Below, in pieces: positions 47,181 to 56,349 of a stretch of DNA of 64,000 nt; position 1 is the stretch's first letter, and each line of letters begins with the position of its first letter. Origin of the DNA: Alphaproteobacteria bacterium (lineage in GTDB: Bacteria; Pseudomonadota; Alphaproteobacteria; UBA7887); contig CBDCGL010000011.1 in NCBI GenBank assembly GCA_965216755.1, forward strand, positions 3,475,482 through 3,539,481, given 5' to 3'. Both the position numbers and the translations under genes were made by a program. Below the pieces are notes generated by a model. It was not told the DNA's origin, ran no database searches, and saw nothing but the letters and a program-made list of their open reading frames with translations.

Positions 47181-48368
47181 ATGCACGCTCAGGCGCAAAA
47201 CGCCGAAGAGCAGCTTGTCGCGCTGCTTGAACAGATTGCCAGCCGCAAAGTCGGTTGGCAGTGCGCGCATTTACATTTGTCGCGGCTATCGCCGATCAAC
47301 CGGCAGGAATACAGCCTGCGCATCGCCGTCAATGTAATTGACGAATTGGTGGCCAATTACGAACGGCGCATTTTTCTACTCGAGAATCACGATCTAATCC
47401 TGGTTGTCTGCGGCGCCCAGGTCAATGACGTCAAGGAAGCCGTCCTGCGGGTCCGGCATCTGTTTCAGGATGATCCGTTGGTCGCCAAACGCGACGGATT
47501 CTCATCCTGGTATGACCTTTCCGTAGACCATGACCGTTGCCTGGCTGATGCGCGGACCTTGTTGCACGAGAAGCATCGGCGCCACAACGAGGCGACGGCG
47601 CCGAAGTCTCGCTTCGGTGCTATTGAACCGCTCGATCCGAACCGCCTGTCGTTGATGCAAGGGGCGTTGGCGACACTCGACATCAGCGCCTATATGCGGC
47701 GCCAACCGGTCTGCGCGCTGATCGAAGATCAAGCGCCCGCGCCGGTCTTCGAGGAATGCTATGTCCGCATTGCGGATCTGCAACGGCCGTTGATGCCGAA
47801 CGTCAATCTCTATGGCAATCGCTGGTTGTTTCAACATCTGACGCAAAGCTTGGATTTACGCGTTTTGGCGCTGTTTTCGCGGAATCCCGGCCAACATTTG
47901 GCGACCCCAACCAGCATCAATTTAAACGTCGATACACTGCTGTCACAATCATTCCTCGATTTCGACAAAGCCCTGAAACCAGGCGCGCAGCCCGCCATCG
48001 TGCTTGAGCTACAGCTGTTCGACATATTCGCCGACCTGGCCGCATTTCATTTCGGTCGTGATTTTGCCCGCTCCAAAGGCTATCGCCTGTGTTTGGATGG
48101 GCTGACCAGCCTAAGTTTCGGTTTGGTCGACCGTAAACATCTGGCCTTCGATCTGGTCAAAGTCCATTGGGACAAGGGCTTGCCGCAATTGGCGCGCAAA
48201 GACGGCGAGTTCGCCGACGCGGTCAAGGCGGCCGGCGGCGGCCGGGTGATTCTGTCGCGCTGCGACGATCAGGCGGCGATCGACTTTGGCCGATCCGTGG
48301 GCATCAGTTTGTTCCAAGGTCGCTACGTCGATTTCCTTGTCAATCCGGGCGCCCGCAGCCGCAATTGA
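47181..48368 (+). CDS. Degenerate EAL-domain protein with uncharacterized N-terminal domain
   Basis: C-terminal half aligns to EAL consensus (QPVCALIE~QPIVDL; LCLDGLTS~ALDDFGTG; KVHWDK~KIDRSF; ILSRCDDQAAIDFGRSVGISLFQGRYV~AEGVETEEQLEFLRELGCDYVQGYLF) with most catalytic residues substituted. Confidence 0.45.
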   Translation: MHAQAQNAEEQLVALLEQIASRKVGWQCAHLHLSRLSPINRQEYSLRIAVNVIDELVANYERRIFLLENHDLILVVCGAQVNDVKEAVLRVRHLFQDDPLVAKRDGFSSWYDLSVDHDRCLADARTLLHEKHRRHNEATAPKSRFGAIEPLDPNRLSLMQGALATLDISAYMRRQPVCALIEDQAPAPVFEECYVRIADLQRPLMPNVNLYGNRWLFQHLTQSLDLRVLALFSRNPGQHLATPTSINLNVDTLLSQSFLDFDKALKPGAQPAIVLELQLFDIFADLAAFHFGRDFARSKGYRLCLDGLTSLSFGLVDRKHLAFDLVKVHWDKGLPQLARKDGEFADAVKAAGGGRVILSRCDDQAAIDFGRSVGISLFQGRYVDFLVNPGARSRN

Positions 48369-48407
48369 TCGCCGGCCCCAGCCCTCCCCCCAACCAAATT
48401 TCGTCAT

Positions 48408-49688
48408 ATGTTGCGACCCGCCGGACGCCTCCATAAACGCATCATCGAGCCGATCGTCGGCACGATCCTGCTGGCGATTCCACTTTTCTATTTGCTGACC
48501 TTTCGCTCGGCGGAGGTCACCTATTTCGACCGGTATTCGCCGCGCTTGGCGGCGCTGATCGTGCTCTATGCGACGGCCATGGCCATATACCTGGTTTCTT
48601 ATCGATGGCCGTTGTGGCGTGTCCTCGAAACGGCGCGTAGCTACGCCGTTGTCGGTTTGTTTGCGCTGTTCATGTCGGGCGTTGTCGGCGAGGTGTTTTT
48701 GCGTGTTATCGACCGGCCGCCCTATGCCCCGACCAACAATGGCGGCCGTCACAAATACGACCCCGATCTCGGCCACGTCTATGTCCCGAACCATCGGCAA
48801 ATGTTGCAAACGCGCGAATGGCGGCAGGAATGGCGCAGCAACGCCGAGGGGGTGCGCGCCGATCGCGATTATGGACCCAAGCCCGATGGTGTGACTCGGA
48901 TTCTTGTACTTGGCGACTCTTTCACGGTCGGCGACCAAGTGCCCCTGGAGGACACCTATCCGGGGGTCATGCAAAGGCTCTTCGATCGTCACCGGGGCGC
49001 CCGGGCGGTCGAGGTGATCAATGCCGGTTTTCCAAGCTACGGTACCATTCATGCCGCACGCTATCTGGACAAATTCGGTGTGGCCTTTGCGCCCGACATC
49101 ATCATATTTGGCGCGACCCCAAACGATCTGGTCGAGAATATCAATCCGTTGGCGACGATTGCCCGCGACGGCGCCCTGGTGCGCGCGGATGCCACCGATG
49201 GCCAGATCGCCGCTTGGTACGACCGCACGCGCTGGTATAGTTTGCCGGGCTACTGGCAACGGAGTTTCTTCAAGCGCCGCCTTGATATTCTGTGGTCGCG
49301 CGTCACCGTCGGGCCGCCCTATGTCCATCGTCGCGCATTTATGGTCGCGCAAGACGCCGAGTCGATCGATCTATATGACGTGGTCTACCGCCAGATCGAT
49401 CACATGCGCGCGCGCGCCCGATCGATCGGCGCTGCGTTCGTTATCATGGCAATTCCGCTTCGCGAACAATTTGGCTCTATGGGTGATGGGCTGGACCCGT
49501 CCCTCTATGGCCGGCGGCTCGGCGCCTACGCGGCCCAAAACAACATCCGATTTCTCGATCTGTATCCGCTATTTGCCGATCATCCAAATCCGGCGAATTT
49601 GTATTGGGCGGAAGATATCCACTGCACAGCTGCGGGCTACGAACTTATTGGTCGTTCGTTGTATAATTTCTTGAACGCAACTCCATAG
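48408..49688 (+). CDS. Membrane-anchored SGNH/GDSL-family hydrolase
   Basis: 3 N-terminal TM helices, then SGNH block I (ILVLGDSFTVGD) and later conserved blocks (INAGFPSYG). Confidence 0.6.
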   Translation: MLRPAGRLHKRIIEPIVGTILLAIPLFYLLTFRSAEVTYFDRYSPRLAALIVLYATAMAIYLVSYRWPLWRVLETARSYAVVGLFALFMSGVVGEVFLRVIDRPPYAPTNNGGRHKYDPDLGHVYVPNHRQMLQTREWRQEWRSNAEGVRADRDYGPKPDGVTRILVLGDSFTVGDQVPLEDTYPGVMQRLFDRHRGARAVEVINAGFPSYGTIHAARYLDKFGVAFAPDIIIFGATPNDLVENINPLATIARDGALVRADATDGQIAAWYDRTRWYSLPGYWQRSFFKRRLDILWSRVTVGPPYVHRRAFMVAQDAESIDLYDVVYRQIDHMRARARSIGAAFVIMAIPLREQFGSMGDGLDPSLYGRRLGAYAAQNNIRFLDLYPLFADHPNPANLYWAEDIHCTAAGYELIGRSLYNFLNATP

Positions 49689-49709
49689 TCACAGACAAGG
49701 ATCGCGGCC

Positions 49710-50486
49710 ATGACCGACCCATCTGCCTCGTCTCTGTCGGAATCAATCGCCAATCGATCGGGTGACGGCCCGGTGTCACGCACACGCCGCCAAGGGCGCG
49801 GTCCAACGATTTGGTTGGCCGGCGACCCGGACGACTTGAAACCGTGGATGCCCTTGGGCATTGCCGGCATTGTCACCAACACAGTGGTGCTCAATCAATA
49901 TGCCGAAGCTCATGGCGGTGTTGTCAATCTGATCAAGACCTATCTCGATATCACGGACAAACCGGTGGTGATGGAGATTGACGGCCACACGGTCGAGGAA
50001 CTGCTCGCGGTCGGCAAAGTCTTCACCGACCTTTCCGATCGCGTGATTCTGAAAATCCCGTGCACGGTAATCGGTCTAAGGGCGTTTGCCGAACTGCGCC
50101 AGCAAGGGGTCGAGACTTTCTGCACCACGGTCTTTTCGCTCACCCAGGCGGCCGCTGTCGCCCAGGCGGGCGTGGACCACATTTTGCCGTTCTGCGAGCC
50201 GGTTAAGGAAGCCGGCGGTGATCCAACAAAACTGATCCGCGAATGTGTGGCCATGTTTGACGGCTGGCAGCAGCGGCCGTTCATCATGGCCGCTTTGGTG
50301 CGCACTGTGGAGACGGCATATGCGGCGTTTCGCGACGGTGCCGACGAATTGGTCACCATGTGGACGGTGTATCGCGACATGATGGATCATCCGCTGACCG
50401 CCCAATGGAACAAGATCTTCTTGGACGAATGGCAGGACATGCACACCAAGGGTCTGCTCGAAGGGGTGCCGGTGGCAAAAGCATAG
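49710..50486 (+). CDS. Transaldolase-family protein (TalC/FSA-like)
   Basis: GIVTNTVVL...KIPCT...GVETFCTTVFSLTQAAAVAQAG matches transaldolase/FSA block pattern. Confidence 0.5.
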   Translation: MTDPSASSLSESIANRSGDGPVSRTRRQGRGPTIWLAGDPDDLKPWMPLGIAGIVTNTVVLNQYAEAHGGVVNLIKTYLDITDKPVVMEIDGHTVEELLAVGKVFTDLSDRVILKIPCTVIGLRAFAELRQQGVETFCTTVFSLTQAAAVAQAGVDHILPFCEPVKEAGGDPTKLIRECVAMFDGWQQRPFIMAALVRTVETAYAAFRDGADELVTMWTVYRDMMDHPLTAQWNKIFLDEWQDMHTKGLLEGVPVAKA

Positions 50487-50589
50487 CGAAACGCGCGATT
50501 GCCGTGGTGGCTAAACCACGTTCTTCCGTGCCAGTTCTTCGCACAACTGCTTCAGCAGTTCGAGGCATGCGGTCATGGCGCCACTGATT

Positions 50590-51123
50590 TCATCGATCAG
50601 ACCAGCTGGCGCGCGCGCGTGTGGGCAGGTCGGGCACGCAGGCGCGCAGATGGTCGAGCGTGGCGTACGCGTAGCCGAGATCGCCGGCGCCGGCGAAGCC
50701 ATCTTGGCCATTGCGCCAATCGTAGCGCGGTAATCTGTCGGCCGCGTCGGCGGCTTGCCTATAGGCATCTGAGATAAGGACACATTCGTCCGATGGCACG
50801 CTGTTTTTCATCAAGCGGTGGGCGACAATCATGTCGACCCCGGCGGCTTTGCGAAAACCCGCAACGGCGATTTCCTTAATCTTGCCGAAATGGACGACGA
50901 ATTTGGGCGTCAGGTCGGTCGCGCTTTGACAAGCGCCGCACGGGCAAATGGAATCGCGCTCGATCACCTTGAGTTGCTGGTGAAACGCGCGAAACATGGT
51001 CTCGCATTGGTCGATCAAGGCGGTCGCGTCGTTCGGCTTGCCCGGGCTGTAATAGAGCACGGCATCGCCTTCGACTTCTGACAATGTGAGGCCCAGGGAC
51101 TCGGCGCCAACGATCACGTCCAA
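50590..51123 (-). CDS. Hypothetical protein (possibly N-terminally disrupted; see findings)
   Basis: 177-aa ORF from a TTG; protein-like sequence continues upstream across an in-frame TAA at 51181-51183 to an ATG at 51225. Confidence 0.35.
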   Translation of the reverse strand: MDVIVGAESLGLTLSEVEGDAVLYYSPGKPNDATALIDQCETMFRAFHQQLKVIERDSICPCGACQSATDLTPKFVVHFGKIKEIAVAGFRKAAGVDMIVAHRLMKNSVPSDECVLISDAYRQAADAADRLPRYDWRNGQDGFAGAGDLGYAYATLDHLRACVPDLPTRARASWSDR

Positions 51124-51264
51124 CAGTTCGGCCAGGATATGCGCGCTGTGGTCGAGGGCGACGGTGGTAGCGAAATCGGTTTAGCCGCTGATATCTGGGA
51201 TCAAGATGCTGGCGGTGTCAATCATCGCTGCCGGCTTGTGGTCGTGTGTCCTTGGCCGATGCGG

Positions 51265-51888
51265 CTATTGGTCGCGCTTTTTCTCTTCGACAAGGGCGGC
51301 GATTTGGCGTTGCATGGCCTCGATCTGGCTCTGCAGCTCGGCTATTTTCTGCGCTGATTGGCTGCCGTGGTCGGCGGCCGCGGCGGTTTGTTGATCAGGG
51401 GCCCTATCGGACCCGTTCTGCACGCCTGCAAACGGTGCAAACATGTTCATCGCCCGCTGCATCATGGCGATATTCTGCTTGCCCCAATCCTGCAGTTGGT
51501 TGACCGGAAACAGATCACCAAAAGTATCTTGAATATAGCTCCGCATCTTCTCCTGATTGCGCGCGAAAGTTTGCATGCTGAATTCAAGGTATGATGGCAC
51601 CAGAGCCCGCAAGCTGTCGTCGTAGAACGTGATCAAATGGCGCAAAAATCCGATCGGCAGCAGATTCTGGCCTTTGCTCTCCTCTTCGAAAATGATCTGA
51701 GTCAGCACCGAACGGGTGATGTCCTCGCCGGTCTTTGCGTCATAGACGACGAAATCGACACCGTCTTTCACCATGCGGCACAAGTGGTCGAGAGTCACAT
51801 AGCTGCTTGATGCGGTATTATAGAGGCGGCGATTGGCGTATTTCTTGATGATCACCGGTTGGGATGTGTCGCCGCTCGACTCCGACAT
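51265..51888 (-). CDS. phaR: Polyhydroxyalkanoate synthesis repressor PhaR
   Basis: N-terminal IKKYANRRLYNT motif; C-terminal coiled-coil; start at MSESSG. Confidence 0.85.
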   Translation of the reverse strand: MSESSGDTSQPVIIKKYANRRLYNTASSSYVTLDHLCRMVKDGVDFVVYDAKTGEDITRSVLTQIIFEEESKGQNLLPIGFLRHLITFYDDSLRALVPSYLEFSMQTFARNQEKMRSYIQDTFGDLFPVNQLQDWGKQNIAMMQRAMNMFAPFAGVQNGSDRAPDQQTAAAADHGSQSAQKIAELQSQIEAMQRQIAALVEEKKRDQ

Positions 51889-52242
51889 CGCAAAATCACC
51901 CTTTGTTACATTCTTCTGCCAATTGCGTTCCCTGGGCTGTAAGGCCGTTTGGCAGCACCTGCGCGCGGCGTCGACGACCGGCAAACCCATTGCGCATTTG
52001 CGAACCCGCTGCAGTTGCGCAAACACAAAAGCTAGCCTGACAGAACGAATATATGTCAACTTTTGCGATGCGGGAAGTTGCACCGCAATATGGCGGGAGA
52101 TCGGTTCGATCATTCGGCGTCGTACTTTGAGATTCGCGAACGCATTGGCTGCGGCCAATGCGGCTGCGTATGATGTTGGTCATGGGCGACTCGGATGCAC
52201 TTTACGATCTTGCGCGGCGCTATCTAGATCTGTGGCAGGACT

Positions 52243-53529
52243 ATGTCGACGGCATGCCGGCCGATGCCCTGTTTGCCGGGATGGTCGCCGCGCTGGAGGC
52301 CGACGATGACGGCGTCGAACCCGGGACCGGCGCGGCTGGGGCCGCGACCACTGCCGCTGCATCTCGGGTTGGCGACGGGAACCTGGCTCAGCGCCCTGCC
52401 AAGTCTGCCGCTGGCGAAAGCACGGCACGTACCGTGGCGCGAACACCAACAAAGCCAAGCGGCGCAGCTGACAAAAGCCATCGACGCCGCTGACGACGCC
52501 GCCTTCGCGACCGCCCTGGCCAGCGAAATCGGCGATCGATTTGCCGAGATGACCGCCGGCATACAAGCCTATTGGGCCCATCCGTATCGCCGCCAGCCCG
52601 GATCGGAAGCTGTGGTGTGGTCGTCCGGCGCGGCGCGGGTCGTTGACTATGGCGCGTCCCGTGGCGGTGGTGTCCCCGCGCTGTTTGTGCCGTCGCTGAT
52701 CAATCGCGGTTACATATTGGACCTGGCGCCGGACCGCAGCATGCTCGGCTATCTCGGCAACACCGGTGTTTGGCCGTTGTTGCTCGATTGGGGCGAACCG
52801 GGTGCCGCAGAGCAGGCGTTCGACCTTGACGCCTATGTCAATGCCCGGCTGATTCCGGCATGCGCGGCGGTCGCGGATTTATGCGGCCAGACTCCGGTTC
52901 TTGTCGGCTATTGCATGGGTGGTCTACTGGCCTTGGCGGCCGCTGTACAAAGGCCTGAGTTGGTGTCGCGGCTGGTCTTGTTGGCGACGCCCTGGGATTT
53001 CCACGTTGACGCGCCGGCGGTGCATTTGATGGCAAGACTCGGCCAGCGACTCGGCGCGACTTGGCCGCTGGATCAGCCGGTGCCCGTCGATATGTTGCAA
53101 TCCTTCTTCGCCATGTTGAATCCGGTGCGTGTCGCCAACAAGTTTCGTGCGTTCGGGCGTCTGCCGCCGAACAGCCCGCAGGCCGTGGCTTTCGTTCAAA
53201 TAGAGGATTGGCTCAACGACGGCGTGCCGTTGGCCGCGCCCGTCGCGCGCGCTTGTTTTGGTCAGTGGTATGGTGAAAATCGACCTGCGGGCGGTTGCTG
53301 GTGCGTGGGCGGCGAAGCGATCCGCCCCGATCGCCTAACCCTGTCGACACTGGTCGTGTTGCCGGACCGCGATCGCATCGTACCGCCCGCGTCAGCGCGG
53401 GCCTTGGCCGACGCGCTGCCAAATCCGACCGTTTGGTCGCCGAATGCCGGCCATATTGGCATGGTCGCTGGTGCCCGCGCCAAATCAGGCTTGTGGCAGC
53501 CTTTGGCGGCGTGGTTGAAGGACAGCTAA
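52243..53529 (+). CDS. PHA synthase-like alpha/beta hydrolase (class III PhaC-like); N-terminal region likely frameshifted
   Basis: Lipase-box with Cys nucleophile GYCMGG; protein-like sequence only from about 52440 in this frame, while a different frame (52158-52493) is protein-like upstream. Confidence 0.55.
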   Translation: MSTACRPMPCLPGWSPRWRPTMTASNPGPARLGPRPLPLHLGLATGTWLSALPSLPLAKARHVPWREHQQSQAAQLTKAIDAADDAAFATALASEIGDRFAEMTAGIQAYWAHPYRRQPGSEAVVWSSGAARVVDYGASRGGGVPALFVPSLINRGYILDLAPDRSMLGYLGNTGVWPLLLDWGEPGAAEQAFDLDAYVNARLIPACAAVADLCGQTPVLVGYCMGGLLALAAAVQRPELVSRLVLLATPWDFHVDAPAVHLMARLGQRLGATWPLDQPVPVDMLQSFFAMLNPVRVANKFRAFGRLPPNSPQAVAFVQIEDWLNDGVPLAAPVARACFGQWYGENRPAGGCWCVGGEAIRPDRLTLSTLVVLPDRDRIVPPASARALADALPNPTVWSPNAGHIGMVAGARAKSGLWQPLAAWLKDS

Positions 53530-53648
53530 ATCACGACATTACGGTGCATTACGGTGACAGTTTACTAAATACACCATATTTCGTGGATCTGTTATCCAGT
53601 CTACATTATGTTGTGTATTTAGTAAACTGTCACCGTAATGTCGTGATG
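53530..53648. repeat. AT-rich palindromic (MITE-like) element, copy 2
   Basis: Same 24-bp IR core GGTGACAGTTTACTAAATACACCA / TGTGTATTTAGTAAACTGTCACC (1 mismatch); extended arms ATCACGACATTACGGTG...; 10-bp tandem duplication CATTACGGTG in the left arm; different internal core. Confidence 0.7.
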
Positions 53649-53655
53649 CCGCAAT

Positions 53656-54129
53656 CTAGCCGGTCGGCGCCCAATCCGGTGGCGCCATCTCGAAGCCCGC
53701 GAACTCGAACGCCGGCGCGACCGTGCAGCCGACCAATGTCCACGCGCCGGTTGAAACCGCACTTTGCCAGGCGCCGACCGGCACAACCGCCTGCGGTTGT
53801 TCGCCGGCATCGAAATCCGTGCCCAAGGCGACCGTGCTGGTGGCGACACCGTCTTGGGAGACCGACAGCTGTAGCGCCGCGCCGGCATGAAAATGCCAAA
53901 TCTCGGTGGCATCGATGCGGTGCCAGTGCGACCGCTCACCGGCTTTCAGCAGATAATAGATCGCGGTGACTGCGGCCCGGCGACCAGGAACCGACGGGCT
54001 GCGCAAGATTTCGCGGTAGTGGCCGCCTTCGGGATGCGGCCGCAAATCAAGGGCCGCGATAACGCTGTTGGCGTTTAGGTTGACCGGGTCGTCGGCCATC
54101 AACGCAAATTGGCTTGGATTTGGCTTTGC
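53656..54129 (-). CDS. Cupin-domain protein (DUF985-like)
   Basis: PHPEGGHYREI...WHRIDATEIWHFHAG cupin motifs; start at MADDPV. Confidence 0.6.
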   Translation of the reverse strand, partial: AKPNPSQFALMADDPVNLNANSVIAALDLRPHPEGGHYREILRSPSVPGRRAAVTAIYYLLKAGERSHWHRIDATEIWHFHAGAALQLSVSQDGVATSTVALGTDFDAGEQPQAVVPVGAWQSAVSTGAWTLVGCTVAPAFEFAGFEMAPPDWAPTG

Positions 54130-54803
54130 AATTTCGCCTCGGGCGCTTTCGACGATGCGTCGGCGGCAACCGGCTTGGTCGCGGCCATCGAGGGGCGCGC
54201 CTCGAATTCCTTGAACCATTTGGCCAGCGCGGGCCGGGACAAATGCCAGGGCCGCGCACGAAATCGGTCACTGAGGAAACCAAGCGCGCAGCCGATGGTG
54301 ATCAACCCGATATCGATTCCGTCACCGAACGTGTCGGCTTCCGCGTCGAGTTGGTCTAGCCCGCGATCGATCTTGGCCTGCTGATGGCGCAACCAGCCCG
54401 GAATCTGCACGGCCTGCGGCCGGCGATATTCGATCACGATCAAATGGGCGGCGTTGATAATCTCATCGCCCAAGGCGGCGCGCCGCAGCGCCGTCCACCG
54501 CGCCGGCCCGGCCGCCTGAAACAACTTTGGCGTGCCGTCCAGTTGGTCCAGATATTCACAGATCACCGCGCTGTCATAGAGCGGCGTTCCGTCATCGGTG
54601 ATCAATGTCGGGATTTTGGCGATCGGATTCACGTCGGGCAGCGCATTGTCCGGCCCGGTCAGTGTGACATCGGCGATGCGCGTGTCGGTGGGGATCAGGG
54701 TGATCCGATCATCGAGCCCGCATTCGGCGGCAACCACCGCCACTTTGCGCACCCAGGGTGAATTGCTTGATGAGTAAAGCTTCACGACGCGTGTTCCCGG
54801 CTC
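54099..54803 (-). CDS. Glutathione S-transferase family protein
   Basis: N-terminal VKLYSSSNSPWVRKV GST-N motif. Confidence 0.7.
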   Translation of the reverse strand, partial: EPGTRVVKLYSSSNSPWVRKVAVVAAECGLDDRITLIPTDTRIADVTLTGPDNALPDVNPIAKIPTLITDDGTPLYDSAVICEYLDQLDGTPKLFQAAGPARWTALRRAALGDEIINAAHLIVIEYRRPQAVQIPGWLRHQQAKIDRGLDQLDAEADTFGDGIDIGLITIGCALGFLSDRFRARPWHLSRPALAKWFKEFEARPSMAATKPVAADASSKAPEAKLQSQIQANLR

Positions 54804-54929
54804 CATATCGATTATGATCAGCTTCGGCGCCGCGTCCGGCACCATGTCATGTTTAGCATGGGCCTTGGCTTTCGGCTACGTGGCGACGCCACCTGCGCGT
54901 CCCGAAATCAAGGCATTCTTGATCGTCTT

Positions 54930-55685
54930 ATGTGGCTCGACGTTTCGGATCTGCTCCGCTTTTACCGTTCGCCTCTTGGTCAGGTCGCGCAGCGGCTGAT
55001 CCGCCAACGGATTCGGGAGATGTGGCCAGACGTGACCGGGAGCCGGGTTCTGGCTTTGGGCTATGGCACTCCTTATCTGCGACCATTGCTGGGTGCGGCT
55101 GAACGCGCCGTCGCGATAATGCCGGCGGTGCAAGGTGTGACCCGCTGGCCGCGCGAAGGCCCGAGCCTGGTGACGCTGGCTGAAGAAACGGCCTTGCCTT
55201 TCGCCGATAACGCGTTTGATCGCATCATCTTGGTGCACGCGCTCGAATCAAGCGAACAGCTGCGGCCAATGTTGCGCGAAACATGGCGCGTCTTGGCGGC
55301 CAGCGGACGTTTGATGGTGATCGTTCCCAATCGGCGCGGCCTATGGGCCCGGCTGGAACGGACGCCATTTGGCCACGGCCATCCCTACAGTCCGCGACAA
55401 TTGGATCGGTTGCTGACCGGGTGCATGTTTTTGCCGACCCGTCACGAAGCCGCGTTGTATATGCCGCCCAGTCGTTGGCGCATGATTCTCAGGTTGGCGG
55501 CTGCCTGGGAACGGTTGGGTACCCGTTGGCTGCTGCCATTTTCCGGTGTGATTTTGACCGAAGCAGAGAAACAGGTCTATGCGGCAATCGGCGCGCGCAC
55601 GGCCGAGCGTGCGGTCAAAGCCCGGACGGTGGCTGCGTCGAACCGTTCGTGGCGTCTGACACGCCATGTGCGCCGTTTCGACTAA
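54930..55685 (+). CDS. Class I SAM-dependent methyltransferase
   Basis: VLALGYGTPY motif I-like; about 250 aa; start at MWLDV. Confidence 0.55.
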   Translation: MWLDVSDLLRFYRSPLGQVAQRLIRQRIREMWPDVTGSRVLALGYGTPYLRPLLGAAERAVAIMPAVQGVTRWPREGPSLVTLAEETALPFADNAFDRIILVHALESSEQLRPMLRETWRVLAASGRLMVIVPNRRGLWARLERTPFGHGHPYSPRQLDRLLTGCMFLPTRHEAALYMPPSRWRMILRLAAAWERLGTRWLLPFSGVILTEAEKQVYAAIGARTAERAVKARTVAASNRSWRLTRHVRRFD

Positions 55686-56349
55686 GCAAGAACACGCCTT
55701 GTTCGCCAAGCAGGTTCGAAAGAACGCCTGAGGCACGTAGACCGCTGAGCGAGCCCTCGTTGTTCAGGGCGTGACTGCGGACAATGGTCAGCCCATTGAT
55801 CTCGCAGGTTTCGATGAAGTCCCGAATCGTACAGAAATGAATGTTCTGGGTGCCGTGCCAGGGCAGCGGCAGGGTCGACGTCACCGGCATTCGGCCGCGG
55901 GTCAGCAATTGCAGGCGGCATCGCCAATGGCCGAAATTGGGAAACGAGACGATGGCGTAACGGCCGATGCGAATCAGCTCCAACAGCACAGTCAGTGGAT
56001 GTCGTGTGGTCTGCAGGGTCTGGCTCAAGACGATAAAATCGAATGATCCGTCGGGATATGTCTTGAGGTCGGTGTCGGCGTCGCCTTGAATCACCGACAA
56101 GCCTTGCCGCAAGCAAGCTTGCACACCGTCTTGGCTGAGTTCCAGGCCGCGACCGTCCACATCTTTTTCGCGCACCAGAAGGCGTAGCAGGGCGCCATCG
56201 CTACATCCGACATCCAACACGCGCGCGCCTGGGGAAATCATACTGGCGATCAGTTGGTGATCGACACGCACAGTTTCGTGGTTGCTGTTGCCGGTCGTGC
56301 TCGCCGGCGCGGTGGCGGTGGCCGCGGTCATGGCTGCGGCAGCCGGCAT
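55615..56349 (-). CDS. metW: Methionine biosynthesis protein MetW
   Basis: MetW hallmark ([13 protein letters not shown]...GDADTDL...FDFVILSQTLQ...NFGHW); overlaps metX stop. Confidence 0.8.
   Translation of the reverse strand: MPAAAAMTAATATAPASTTGNSNHETVRVDHQLIASMISPGARVLDVGCSDGALLRLLVREKDVDGRGLELSQDGVQACLRQGLSVIQGDADTDLKTYPDGSFDFIVLSQTLQTTRHPLTVLLELIRIGRYAIVSFPNFGHWRCRLQLLTRGRMPVTSTLPLPWHGTQNIHFCTIRDFIETCEINGLTIVRSHALNNEGSLSGLRASGVLSNLLGEQGVFLLSRNGAHGVSDATNGSTQPPSGL

Noticed and set aside
48111-49352. 413-aa minus-strand ORF
   Set aside because: Overlaps two well-supported plus-strand genes (degenerate EAL protein and SGNH hydrolase). Composition is biased to Arg/Ala/Gly/Pro with no recognizable motifs. 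High-GC artifact.
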